NCBI GenBank assembly: GCA_963719085.1
Contig: CAVRAL010000004.1
Coordinates: 320,001-384,000, forward strand
Length of the DNA stretch: 64,000 bases
Source: a candidate division FCPU426 bacterium
GTDB lineage: Bacteria > Oederibacteriota > Muellerivitia > Muellerivitales > Muellerivitaceae
Direction: 5' to 3'
Part shown: in pieces, positions 27,907 through 40,087 of the stretch
How the letters are laid out: every line of letters begins with the position of its first letter
How positions within the stretch are numbered: position 1 is the first letter of the stretch
Notes under the pieces: model-generated
Database searches by the model: none
What the model saw: the letters and a program-made list of their open reading frames with translations, nothing else
What the model was told of the DNA's origin: nothing
Position numbers and translations under genes: made by a program

Positions 27907-28287
27907 TTAATTTTTCTCCAGGAGGATGGTCGCCGTGGCGTCCCTTTTACTGTGCGCGATGGAAAGATGGACCGCGTTGATCCCGCGCTCCAAGCGGAGC
28001 TTTTCCAAAATCCCCGTGAGCCGGATCGTGGGCTTCCCGCTCATTTCCCGCACCACCTCGATCTGAACCCATTTCCAGCGCCCCCCAAACCCGTGGCTGA
28101 AAGATTTGATCACCGCCTCTTTGGCGGCAAAACGTCCCGCTAAGGAAGGATAGGGGTCTTTTTTCTTCAGGCAATAGGCGGCTTCTTGCGGCGTAAAAAG
28201 TCTTTTAATAAACCGGTCCCCGTGTTTTTCATGGGCCGCCCTGACGCGGTCAATCTCAATTAAATCCACGCCGGTTCCGACAATCAT
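27907..28287 (-). CDS. acpS: Holo-ACP synthase
   Basis: GTGVDLIEI.R, AGRFAAKEA, GKP, LSIAH. Confidence 0.97.
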   Translation of the reverse strand: MIVGTGVDLIEIDRVRAAHEKHGDRFIKRLFTPQEAAYCLKKKDPYPSLAGRFAAKEAVIKSFSHGFGGRWKWVQIEVVREMSGKPTIRLTGILEKLRLERGINAVHLSIAHSKRDATATILLEKN

Positions 28288-28359
28288 TTTAGGCCTTTGG
28301 GGGGTTGTAGGTGCGGACTTGATTTTACCGCCCTTCGCTCGGAGAAAACAATCAAACCT

Positions 28360-28680
28360 TCAAATTCGGATGAAAACTTTTCCGTTCTCGATCTTCGTCT
28401 CGTAGGTTTTCACCTTCTCATCGGAGATGCCGTCCACAATTCGCCCCGTGGTGAAGTTGTAGGACCAATGATGCAGGGGACAAACGACCGTCTGCCCTTT
28501 CAAGGTCCCCAGCCCCAGAGACCCGCCCAAATGGGTGCAGGCGTTGTCGAGGGCGTAAGCGCGGAAGTTGGAATAAATGAGCGCGATTTTACGGCCCGAA
28601 AGCTCCACCACCATCATTCGATTTTGGGAAAGTTCTTGTTCAGAAGCGGCTTCCTGGAATTCAGGGGAGGGGGAATCCAT
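28360..28680 (-). CDS. Rieske (2Fe-2S) ferredoxin
   Basis: CTH...G...CPLH.W.Y....G motifs. Confidence 0.9.
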   Translation of the reverse strand: MDSPSPEFQEAASEQELSQNRMMVVELSGRKIALIYSNFRAYALDNACTHLGGSLGLGTLKGQTVVCPLHHWSYNFTTGRIVDGISDEKVKTYETKIENGKVFIRI

Positions 28681-28689
28681 TCGCGCCTT

Positions 28690-29109
28690 TTACTGGGAGG
28701 GACCCTTTGATTTTTTCACCGTCGCCAAACGGGCTTGGGCCCGGGCCAGGATCGCCCGAGCGGCGTCTTTCTCCACCGGGTCCTTACTCTTAGCGATTTT
28801 TTCCTGCGCCTTTTTGCGGGCCTTTTCCTCTTGCTCCACGTTGATTTCTTCCACGGGCTCAAATTCCTCGGCCAGAACCGTGGTGGAAGCGGGCGTCACC
28901 TCGATAAAGCCGCCGGACACGAAATAAAATTTCCGCGCTTGCCCTTGGGCCACCAAAAAAGCGCCGGGCTTCAAGATGGAGATCAAGGGCTCGTGCCGGG
29001 CTAAAACCCCGAATTCGCCCGCCGCGCCCGGAACCGTGATAAAAGAAACTTCCTCGGAAAAAATTTCCCGCTCCGGTACGACCACTTCTAATTTAAAAAA
29101 TTTGGCCAT
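28690..29109 (-). CDS. atpC: ATP synthase F1 epsilon
   Basis: PG..GEFGVL..HEP, VSGGF; position in operon. Confidence 0.96.
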   Translation of the reverse strand: MAKFFKLEVVVPEREIFSEEVSFITVPGAAGEFGVLARHEPLISILKPGAFLVAQGQARKFYFVSGGFIEVTPASTTVLAEEFEPVEEINVEQEEKARKKAQEKIAKSKDPVEKDAARAILARAQARLATVKKSKGPSQ

Positions 29110-29117
29110 CGCGCGTC

Positions 29118-30653
<1,536 letters not shown>

Positions 30654-30678
30654 AAAAAAAATTAGCTTCTTTTCGTTT

Positions 30679-31560
30679 CTATTTTAAAGCTTCCGCGCCG
30701 CCCACGATCTCCGCCAGTTCCTTGGTGATCATGGCCTGCCGGGCCCGGTTAAATTCCAACGTCAGCCGTCCGATCATCTCGGAGGCGTTCTTCGTGGCCG
30801 ATTCCATGGCGGTCCGTTTGGCGCCCATCTCGGAAGCGAAACTTTCTAAAAGCATCCGCCGCACACGGGAAAACAAATATTGGGACAAAAGCGAGTCCAA
30901 GATCGCCTCTTCCTCCGGCTCAAATAAATAACTCCCGGCCAGGGGCTTTTCATGACCGGCCTTCAAGGCCCGATCGCTTCCCGCGACCTCATCCCATTTC
31001 AAGGGCAAGAGGGTTTCTTGCTTCACCTTCTGGCTCATCACGCCCTTGAATTCGGTATAGATGGCCGTGACGGACTTGATGTCCTCGTGCACATAAAGCG
31101 AGGAGACCGCGTCCCGAATCTGGGCGATGGTCTCGAGCGAAACATCCGGGAAAATTTGGATCCATTCCTGCCGCAGGTCCGCGTGACGGCGGCGGAAAAA
31201 ATCGCGCCCTTTCTTACCCACCACCAAAAGCGAGGATTCGGGGTTTTCTTTCAAAAAAATCTGCGCCCGGCGCAATACATTGCTGTTAAAGCTTCCGCAA
31301 AGTCCCCGGTCCGCCGTTATGACCAGAAGCACGGTTTTGCCTTCGGGCCGCACCTTTAAGAGCGGATGGCTTCCCCCGTTGACTCCCGCCGCCACCCGGC
31401 GGATGACTTCCGTCATCCGGTCCGAATAGGGCCGGGCGTTCAAGATGCGCTGTTGGGCGCGTTTGAGCCTGGCCGAAGCCACCATCTTCATGGCCTTGGT
31501 AATCTGGTGGATGCTGGAAGCGCTCTTGAGGCGCCGTTTAATTTCCCGGATATGCGCCAT
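30679..31560 (-). CDS. atpG: ATP synthase F1 gamma
   Basis: ITKAMKMV, DRGLCG.FN, NRARQA.IT.EL.EIVGGA. Confidence 0.98.
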   Translation of the reverse strand: MAHIREIKRRLKSASSIHQITKAMKMVASARLKRAQQRILNARPYSDRMTEVIRRVAAGVNGGSHPLLKVRPEGKTVLLVITADRGLCGSFNSNVLRRAQIFLKENPESSLLVVGKKGRDFFRRRHADLRQEWIQIFPDVSLETIAQIRDAVSSLYVHEDIKSVTAIYTEFKGVMSQKVKQETLLPLKWDEVAGSDRALKAGHEKPLAGSYLFEPEEEAILDSLLSQYLFSRVRRMLLESFASEMGAKRTAMESATKNASEMIGRLTLEFNRARQAMITKELAEIVGGAEALK

Positions 31561-31563
31561 GGT

Positions 31564-33072
<1,509 letters not shown>

Positions 33073-33101
33073 TGAACGACCTCCGAAGTTTCTTAGTTAA
33101 G

Positions 33102-33644
33102 TTAGGCGTCGACCTTCAATAATTGTTGTCGCATCTTTTCCAACTGGCCTAAAAGGCTGGCGTCCAGGCGCTGGTCGCCCAAATAAACGATCATCCCCCC
33201 GATCAAGGTCGGCTCCACTTGTTCCCGAATCTCGATCTCGGCCCCGAAAGAGCTTCCCAGTTTCTGGGCTAAGGTCCCGCGCTCAGCCGCCGTCAAGGGC
33301 ATGGCCGTCAAAACCCGGGCGATCGCCTGGCCCTTGGCGCTGTAACAAAGCCTCTCAAAATGCTCGGCCACGGCCTTGAAATAACCCATGCGTTTTTTAG
33401 TGATCAAAAGCAGTAAAAAGTTGGCCATGGTCTGGGACAGCGGCGCGGTGAGAAAATTTTGAAGGGCCGCTAGTTTCTCAAACCGATCCGACCGGGGATG
33501 CTCGAGGGCCGCCTTGAGATCGTCGTTCCGCTCCAATAAACCCTCGACGGTTTGTATCTCCCGGGCCACCAGATCAACCGCCTTCAGTTCTTGGGCCACC
33601 TGCAAAAGAGCCACGGCGTATTTTTCAGCGATAACCGATTCCAT
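33102..33644 (-). CDS. atpH: ATP synthase F1 delta
   Basis: A.KYA.AL, LIGG....GD...DAS; position in operon. Confidence 0.95.
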   Translation of the reverse strand: MESVIAEKYAVALLQVAQELKAVDLVAREIQTVEGLLERNDDLKAALEHPRSDRFEKLAALQNFLTAPLSQTMANFLLLLITKKRMGYFKAVAEHFERLCYSAKGQAIARVLTAMPLTAAERGTLAQKLGSSFGAEIEIREQVEPTLIGGMIVYLGDQRLDASLLGQLEKMRQQLLKVDA

Positions 33645-33680
33645 GGCTCCCTTTCCCGCCGTTTGATCCGGCTGTAAGAC

Positions 33681-34169
33681 TTACGGCTTTCCCGCGCCCA
33701 GCTCTTTTAAGCTCTCGTCCACCACCCGGGCTTGGATCTTCGGATCCACCGAGGCGTGCATAATCTTTTGCGCCATGGCCACGGAGAGTTGGACGACTTC
33801 TTCCCGGAGATCTTTTTTCAATTCCTCGCGCTCGCTTTGAAGGGCCAGCCGCGCCTCGTTCAAAATCCGGCTGGCTTCCCGGCGGGACGATTGGACAATT
33901 TCCTCTTTAATCGTCTCGGCCTCGTTGCGGGCGGAGCGGATGATCTCGGAGGTCTTCAGGTCCAGATCCTTGATCTTATGGTCCAGCTCCATCCGCAGGC
34001 GCTCGGATTCACGCTGCTGGGTCTCCGCGTTGGATATCTGTTCCTCGATGTACTGTTTGCGCTTCTCCATCCAACCGCGCAAATAAGGCAGGAACAGCTT
34101 GGCCGAAAGCAAAAGCCCCAAAACAAAGGTGACCAGTTGAAGTAAAAAAACTTTTAAGTCGATTTCCAT
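33681..34169 (-). CDS. atpF: ATP synthase Fo subunit b
   Basis: N-terminal TM plus long charged helix; position in operon. Confidence 0.92.
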   Translation of the reverse strand: MEIDLKVFLLQLVTFVLGLLLSAKLFLPYLRGWMEKRKQYIEEQISNAETQQRESERLRMELDHKIKDLDLKTSEIIRSARNEAETIKEEIVQSSRREASRILNEARLALQSEREELKKDLREEVVQLSVAMAQKIMHASVDPKIQARVVDESLKELGAGKP

Positions 34170-34193
34170 TTTTCTTTTCCGAACCCCTTAATT

Positions 34194-34574
<381 letters not shown>

Positions 34575-34624
34575 TTATGAGCCCGCCCCGAAAGGAACAG
34601 GCGCACCGTTTTCTTGATGAAGCC

Positions 34625-35437
34625 TTAAGCCGCCGAACCCTCCCTCACTTCATCCTCATGCGAGTGGACAGCCCCGCCGATGTACACCATGGAAAGCATC
34701 ATAAAAACAAAAGCCTGGATGAATGCCACGAAAATGCCGAAAACCACGATAAAGATCCTTAAAAGAAAGGGGAAAACTGAAACCACTTTCATGGAAAGGG
34801 GCCCAGCCCAAAAATCAACCGCCAACAAAATGAGCACCGCCAGAAGGATTTCTTTCGCCAGCATATTGCCGAAAAGACGCATGGTCAGCGAGAGCGGCTT
34901 GACCAATTCCCCGATCAAGTGGATCAAGGGCATCATCAATAAGAGAAAAACCGAGACCAACCGGAGTGTTATTTTTAAAAAAAAAGGCGCTTTAGGGTCG
35001 ACCTTGATCGGAGGCGGCAAAAAATGGGAAAGGTAACCCAAGAAACCTTTTTCCTTAAACCCGAGAATATGAACGGAAAAAATCACGATCAACACCATGC
35101 CCAGATTCACGTCGATCCGGCTGGTGGGCGACATCAATCCGGGCACCAAACCCATCAAGTTCGAAAAAAAGATAAAAAAGAACAGGGTAAAAAAAAGCGG
35201 AAAAAAGAAAGCCGTGTGCCGGCCCAGTTGAGCCTCCGCCAGGTTCCAGACGAAGTCCATGGAGATCTCCACGAAATTTTGAACTCCGTGAGGCACCCAT
35301 TGGGGGCGAAACCGGGCCCAGCTGAGAAGAAAAAACAAAATCGCGAAGCTGACCAGGGATAGGGTCCAGCAATTGATCAGGTTGGTGAATCCCCAAAAAT
35401 GGACCGGGATCACGATGGGGGTGAGGGCCTTTTCCAC
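34625..35437 (-). CDS. atpB: ATP synthase Fo subunit a
   Basis: SNLMGLVP, PTS, SLTMRLFGN, IQAFVF. Confidence 0.97.
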   Translation of the reverse strand: MEKALTPIVIPVHFWGFTNLINCWTLSLVSFAILFFLLSWARFRPQWVPHGVQNFVEISMDFVWNLAEAQLGRHTAFFFPLFFTLFFFIFFSNLMGLVPGLMSPTSRIDVNLGMVLIVIFSVHILGFKEKGFLGYLSHFLPPPIKVDPKAPFFLKITLRLVSVFLLLMMPLIHLIGELVKPLSLTMRLFGNMLAKEILLAVLILLAVDFWAGPLSMKVVSVFPFLLRIFIVVFGIFVAFIQAFVFMMLSMVYIGGAVHSHEDEVREGSAA

Positions 35438-35542
35438 GAAAAACCTTTCGTCCAGAAATCAAAAACGCCCCGAAACTCGGCCGATGCCGGGCGGCGCCCG
35501 TTTAACGAAAAAATCAGCTAAAGATGTTCTTGGAGCGGGGTT

Positions 35543-35571
35543 AGTCTAATGTTTCGAACCGGGAGGGTCAA
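35543..35571 (-). promoter_or_regulatory. Putative sigma70 promoter between atpI and atpB (TTGACC-N17-TAGACT)
   Basis: Near-consensus boxes with 17-bp spacing in a 175-bp intergenic gap. Confidence 0.6.
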
Positions 35572-35612
35572 CCCTGACTGAGTCCGATTTTCAGGCCCTC
35601 GGGGCCCGTTTT

Positions 35613-35984
35613 TCAGGAAATTTTCGGGGGATTTCGGCGGCGCCAGGCGGCGGTCAAAAGCACCGCGAGGCACCAAAAGTAACCGAGGCAAGCGCCGAAA
35701 AAACAATCGGCTGAGAAACGCCAAAAGACCCAACAGGCTAAAATAAAAAAAGTCCAGCGCGCCAAGTTGAAAAACCAAAAAAAAGCCAGCCCCTTACGAA
35801 GATCGCCCGAGAGGGTCTTTTCGGTCAACCGTTCCAGCCCCCAAAAATTAACTAAAGCGGCCAGCGTGCCGAATAAAACGCCCAGGCCTAAATCCCGGTG
35901 CCCCCCGAGAAGCGCGCCGACCGCTAAAACCGCGCCCCCCAAAAGTCCGAAAACCCCGACTTTTTGGTTTCTAAAAAGGCTCAT
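35613..35984 (-). CDS. atpI: ATP synthase subunit I
   Basis: About 4 TMs, G....LVNF..L; upstream of atpB. Confidence 0.8.
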   Translation of the reverse strand: MSLFRNQKVGVFGLLGGAVLAVGALLGGHRDLGLGVLFGTLAALVNFWGLERLTEKTLSGDLRKGLAFFWFFNLARWTFFILACWVFWRFSADCFFGACLGYFWCLAVLLTAAWRRRNPPKIS

Positions 35985-36220
35985 GACGCGGGCGGCTTTA
36001 TGTTTTCATTTTGAATTTTTTTAAGTTCGACGAAGAGCGTGTAATAACCAGCCACGATGCCAATCAAGGCCCCGACGATCAAAATCCAATCCCCGCAATG
36101 GAAAAGTTTTTGGGCGCCCCAACCCAATCCCAGCCCGGCGAAAATGGAAAAAGCGAAATTTAGCCCGAGGAGGGAGAGTCGTAAGAGATGGGGGCGGCCG
36201 GATAATTTTCCCTTGTCCAA
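35981..36220 (-). CDS. AtpZ/AtpI family small membrane protein
   Basis: 2-TM, G...G...D/Q..F....W....G...G...G pattern; position in operon. Confidence 0.8.
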   Translation of the reverse strand: MDKGKLSGRPHLLRLSLLGLNFAFSIFAGLGLGWGAQKLFHCGDWILIVGALIGIVAGYYTLFVELKKIQNENIKPPAS

Positions 36221-36486
36221 GTGCCATCCTTTTCAATGTGGAAAGCCGCCTTGATATAAGCTCCCTGGGGCGGCAGGAGTTTCTCAACTTTGGGCCGGTC
36301 TTCCTTCACGATGACGAGCCCTAAGCCGCAGTCATCCTGAATATCCCGGGGCCGGGGAATCAACTTAAAGCGAAAACGGCTTTCCTTTAGTACGGCCTCG
36401 GCGTGCATGGTCTCGTGGGTGGTGTGAAAAAGCAGGATGAAATGCTTGTCCGTCAGCTCGTAACGGCCCGTTGAGGAAGAAGCCAC
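36160..36486 (-). CDS. DUF3343 family protein
   Basis: F.TTH..M.AE..LK......LIP.PR.I..DCGL. Confidence 0.8.
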   Translation of the reverse strand: MASSSTGRYELTDKHFILLFHTTHETMHAEAVLKESRFRFKLIPRPRDIQDDCGLGLVIVKEDRPKVEKLLPPQGAYIKAAFHIEKDGTWTRENYPAAPISYDSPSSG

Positions 36487-36487
36487 G

Positions 36488-36988
36488 TCAGGTGTTGGAA
36501 TTGGGGCCCGGCAGGTCTTTGAAATCCGTGGGCGTAAGGTTTTCCAGGAATTTCTTGAACTCGCTCATTTCTTCCTTGTACTTTTCCTTGTCCACGATCG
36601 TGGCGTTGATGACCACCTTTTCAGCCACGAAAATCGGGGCGTCGCACCGAAGGGCCAAGGCGATGGCGTCCGAGGGCCGGGCGTCGACCTCGTACTTTTC
36701 CCCCGATTCGGTTTCCAAAAAAACCCGGGCGAAAAACGTGTTTTGATTGATGTCGTTGACCAGGACCTTATTGACCTTGCCGCCTAAAATCTCAATGACA
36801 TTTTTCAACAAGTCATGGGTCATGGGCCGGGGCAGGGTCTGCTCGTTGAGCTGGATGAAAATCGCCGTGGCTTCGGCCACGCCGATCCAAATGGGCAGAT
36901 AGCGCTTTTCTTCCTCGTCGGTGAGGATCACGGCGGGGGTTTTTAAATTGGGGTCGACGGCGATCCCGCGCACTTTCATTTCGATCAT
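36488..36988 (-). CDS. Bifunctional nuclease family protein (DUF151)
   Basis: LPIWIG..EA, RPMTHDL, DARPSDAIALA. Confidence 0.95.
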   Translation of the reverse strand: MIEMKVRGIAVDPNLKTPAVILTDEEEKRYLPIWIGVAEATAIFIQLNEQTLPRPMTHDLLKNVIEILGGKVNKVLVNDINQNTFFARVFLETESGEKYEVDARPSDAIALALRCDAPIFVAEKVVINATIVDKEKYKEEMSEFKKFLENLTPTDFKDLPGPNSNT

Positions 36989-37041
36989 GGGTTAAACTCC
37001 GTTCACGTTCACGAACCAAAGCTGGAAAAGGATGTGAGCTG

Positions 37042-37070
37042 ATTATAGGGGCCGCGCCCAAGGCTTTCAA
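37042..37070 (-). promoter_or_regulatory. Putative sigma70 promoter (TTGAAA-N17-TATAAT) for the DUF151-DUF3343-atp unit
   Basis: Near-consensus boxes with 17-bp spacing. Confidence 0.7.
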
Positions 37071-37097
37071 CGACCCGGCCCAAAAAAGGACCGCTTG

Positions 37098-37679
37098 TCA
37101 GGACTTTTGGGTGGAATTTTTAAAATCAATCTCGGCGAAAATCTGGGCCTCAAAACCCAGTACTTCGGCCTTTTGCCGCCAGCTTCCCGCGGGGAGCCCC
37201 GCCTTCACGCAGGTCTGGTCGAGGAACATTTCCCGGTTCCACCCGTAATCCATGGCCACTTGGGGAAGCAAAAGTCCCGACCGGTTTCCTTGGCGCACGA
37301 TGAGACCGTGGATTCCCAGCTTCACTTTTTCCGGATTCAAAGGTTTGGGCAGGGTCAAAACGGAGATCTCGATTTTCACCCGGGCCAATTCTTCCAACCG
37401 CAGCATGGGAAAACGCGGATCGTGAAGGGCCGCGCCCACCGCCGCTTCCTGGATCGCCTCCACCAAGGGCTTGTTCGGATAAGGAAACCCGATACAGCCC
37501 CGGAGTTCCCCGTCCATCCAAAGTGTCACGAAAGTTCCCCGCTTTTCCCTTAGGAGCGGCGAGAGTGATTCCACCGGCGGAAGCTTCCGCCCTTTCTGCA
37601 GGGTCGTCTGGATGGCGTTGCGGGCCAAATCCAAAAGCAGTTTTTGATCTTCTTCTTTCACCATTTCCGCAGGATTCAC
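37098..37679 (-). CDS. amrA: AmmeMemoRadiSam system protein A (AMMECR1 family)
   Basis: FVTL...ELRGCIG, DPRFP, EISVL, GLLLPQVA, C.KAG. Confidence 0.93.
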   Translation of the reverse strand: MNPAEMVKEEDQKLLLDLARNAIQTTLQKGRKLPPVESLSPLLREKRGTFVTLWMDGELRGCIGFPYPNKPLVEAIQEAAVGAALHDPRFPMLRLEELARVKIEISVLTLPKPLNPEKVKLGIHGLIVRQGNRSGLLLPQVAMDYGWNREMFLDQTCVKAGLPAGSWRQKAEVLGFEAQIFAEIDFKNSTQKS

Positions 37680-37714
37680 CGAAATCTCCTTAAGATTGGC
37701 TCAGACCCTAAGTT

Positions 37715-38548
37715 TCACCGGCAAAAGGCCACGGCGGCGTATCCCACAACCCGGGACTTATCCTTCGTGACGTCGCCTGAATTACGATAATTCAACAATT
37801 GGATTTTTTGGGCTTTTTCGTGAGCCGCCCACTTCACCAGCGCTGAAAGCGGCTCCGGGCCGCAATGGGTGCAAAAATAATTGGGATGTTTTTCGGCCAG
37901 AATTTCCCGATGGACGGCCTGAATTTCCACCTCATCCCCTTTTAAAAGGGCCGCCAAAAAACGCCGGTCCGCTTCCACCGCCGTCGCGTAGTCGGGGTAA
38001 TGGGAAAGATCCGAGGAGGCCACCAATAAAAAAGGCTTTTGGCGCCCTAAGGCTTTCAAGGCCCGAACCAAGGGCGCCACGGTGGCCGCCTGGCCTTGGC
38101 CCGTAATCAGCGGCACCACCCGGGCCCCGGGGCAATAGCGGCGGATCAGGGGAAAATGAACTTCCACCGAATGTTCCCGCGCGAAAGCCGGCTCGAATTG
38201 GGAAAAAGCCTTTTCTTGACCCAATAGAAACTCGCAGGCCTCTTGGTCCACCGGCAAATCACCCAGGGGCGTTTCCACCGCCTCGCCCGCGAAAAGGGCC
38301 ACGCCGGGAAAACGAACCGAATGACTGGGGCCCGCCACCACGATGGTTTTAACGGCCCGGGTCAGCGAGCGGTAGCCCAAGGCCGCGAGCGCGCCGGAAT
38401 AAACATAGCCCGCGTGCGGCAAAAGAAATCCCAAGGCCTCGCCGGGAAGTTTCGGGACCGCGATGGTCTCGAAGGTTTGAAAAAGTTTTTTAAGCTCCGC
38501 CGGTTCTCCGGGATAAAACTGTCCGCCAACCACGGAAGGCAGTCTCAT
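37715..38548 (-). CDS. amrB: AmmeMemoRadiSam system protein B (Memo family)
   Basis: GQFYP, PHAGYVYSG, GPSH, EHSVEV, SSDLSHY, CG, SGD...VVGY. Confidence 0.93.
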   Translation of the reverse strand: MRLPSVVGGQFYPGEPAELKKLFQTFETIAVPKLPGEALGFLLPHAGYVYSGALAALGYRSLTRAVKTIVVAGPSHSVRFPGVALFAGEAVETPLGDLPVDQEACEFLLGQEKAFSQFEPAFAREHSVEVHFPLIRRYCPGARVVPLITGQGQAATVAPLVRALKALGRQKPFLLVASSDLSHYPDYATAVEADRRFLAALLKGDEVEIQAVHREILAEKHPNYFCTHCGPEPLSALVKWAAHEKAQKIQLLNYRNSGDVTKDKSRVVGYAAVAFCR

Positions 38549-38581
38549 CGGCGGATCGAACCCCAGGGAGCCCGCACAACC

Positions 38582-39154
38582 TTAAGCCTTCACCAATTTC
38601 AGGATCTTGTCGCGGGTATAGGGCCAGGCGCCCTCCGGAATCACCGGCAGCGACCCGGCGGTAAACATGGAAGTTTCCAAGGGAACCCAGGACTTGCACC
38701 CGTCATAAGAAGGCTTGTGGGGTAAATCAAGCGGAACGGGCAAGGCGTAAACCCGGACCAGAAAAAGATAAAGCCCTTCCCACTCGTCGTAATGAAATCG
38801 CTTTTGGACGGCTTCTTCGCTTAAAACCGTGAAAGGAATGAGCCGCCGGCAAATTTCCCAATCCGTCACCTTTTCCACGGCTTCCGCCATGGCGTAAAGC
38901 CGAAAATGGATGCGTTTGACGTCTTTATGTTCCCTCTCGATGGCCGCCAGACGCGGCCGCCAATCGGGCTTGATGGCCTCGGGTGTTTGGTGCTCGAAGG
39001 TGGGATAAAGGAAAAACTCCGGATGTTCGGGCTTGAAATGGCCGCCCTCTTCCGCGATTCCGCCTTTTCGAAGCAGAATCGTCTGTTTTCCCTCTTCCAG
39101 GGCCTTGATGACCGCGGCCCATTCTTTTAACGCGACATTATTTTGAAGTTTCAT
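38582..39154 (-). CDS. DUF1802 family protein
   Basis: ALKEW, GKQTILLRKGGI.E, FFLYPT..HQ, GCKSW. Confidence 0.9.
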   Translation of the reverse strand: MKLQNNVALKEWAAVIKALEEGKQTILLRKGGIAEEGGHFKPEHPEFFLYPTFEHQTPEAIKPDWRPRLAAIEREHKDVKRIHFRLYAMAEAVEKVTDWEICRRLIPFTVLSEEAVQKRFHYDEWEGLYLFLVRVYALPVPLDLPHKPSYDGCKSWVPLETSMFTAGSLPVIPEGAWPYTRDKILKLVKA

Positions 39155-39163
39155 AGGAAATTG

Positions 39164-39192
39164 ATTATGTGGATTTCTATTTGAACTTTCAA
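39164..39192 (-). promoter_or_regulatory. Putative sigma70 promoter (TTGAAA-N17-CATAAT) for DUF1802-amrB-amrA
   Basis: 17-bp spacing; -10 lies 10 nt before the ATG, implying a near-leaderless transcript. Confidence 0.5.
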
Positions 39193-39199
39193 GGACAAA

Positions 39200-40072
39200 T
39201 CAGGAACGGGCTAAAAGAATAATTCCGCTCAAGGCCAACAGGGTTCCGCCTAAAACTTTCGGGGCTTGCGAAAAACGAATTTCCTTGAAAACCAAAAGCG
39301 ACCAAGCCGCGTAAACCAGCGAGTTGGCGTTCACGATGGGAACCGCCCGGGACAGGCCCAAAAATTGGATGGCCAAAAGAAAAAAGGCCATTCCCCCGAC
39401 CCAAAGCGACGCCGAAAGAAATCCAGCCAAGAGACTTTTCGCCGCTCCCCCATTCCCCTTTTGAAAAGGCCACAGAACAAAACCGGGAAGACATCCTCCC
39501 AAGGCCAAACCGCTTAAAAAGGTAAGCGGCGGCAGGGCCGAAGCCGGGTCTAAAAGCGGGGCGATTTTGATGGGCACAAAATAAGCGCCCCAAAATAAAC
39601 CGGCGCCCAAGGCCAGGGGCAGGCCGTTTCTCAGGTTTTCGGCCTTCGGTTCGGCGGGCTCCGCGATGGAAACCAACCAAGCCCCGGCGAAAAGCAGCAG
39701 GCCTCCCGCCGCGATCAGGCTCAAGGCGCCCGGCCCCGAGCCTTCTTTGAAAACGATGATTCCGATGAGAATATTGATGAACGTATTCAGGCTAAAAAGC
39801 ATCGTGCCCTTCGCCAGGCTGATTCGCTCCAAGGCGGCGTTCGCCATCAATTGGCCGCCCGCCCATAACAAACCGGATAAAAGCGCCAAGGCGAAGGCCA
39901 TCGGATGGGCCGCCAGATTGACCAAGCCTCCCCGCAAAAAGAGAAGGTCCATGACCAAAATGCCCAGGGCCATAAAGGGAAAAAAGGAAGCGCCCTTGGC
40001 GGCGGAAAAACGCACCGGCACCATATAGCTGCCCAAACAAAGAAGCGCCGCGAAAGCGTAAAACAATGCCAT
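39200..40072 (-). CDS. DMT superfamily transporter (GRP/EamA-like)
   Basis: About 10 TMs in two repeats; SG.LW..G, GLSRAVP, FKE motifs. Confidence 0.8.
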   Translation of the reverse strand: MALFYAFAALLCLGSYMVPVRFSAAKGASFFPFMALGILVMDLLFLRGGLVNLAAHPMAFALALLSGLLWAGGQLMANAALERISLAKGTMLFSLNTFINILIGIIVFKEGSGPGALSLIAAGGLLLFAGAWLVSIAEPAEPKAENLRNGLPLALGAGLFWGAYFVPIKIAPLLDPASALPPLTFLSGLALGGCLPGFVLWPFQKGNGGAAKSLLAGFLSASLWVGGMAFFLLAIQFLGLSRAVPIVNANSLVYAAWSLLVFKEIRFSQAPKVLGGTLLALSGIILLARS

Positions 40073-40087
40073 GATTTTCCTTTGAGT

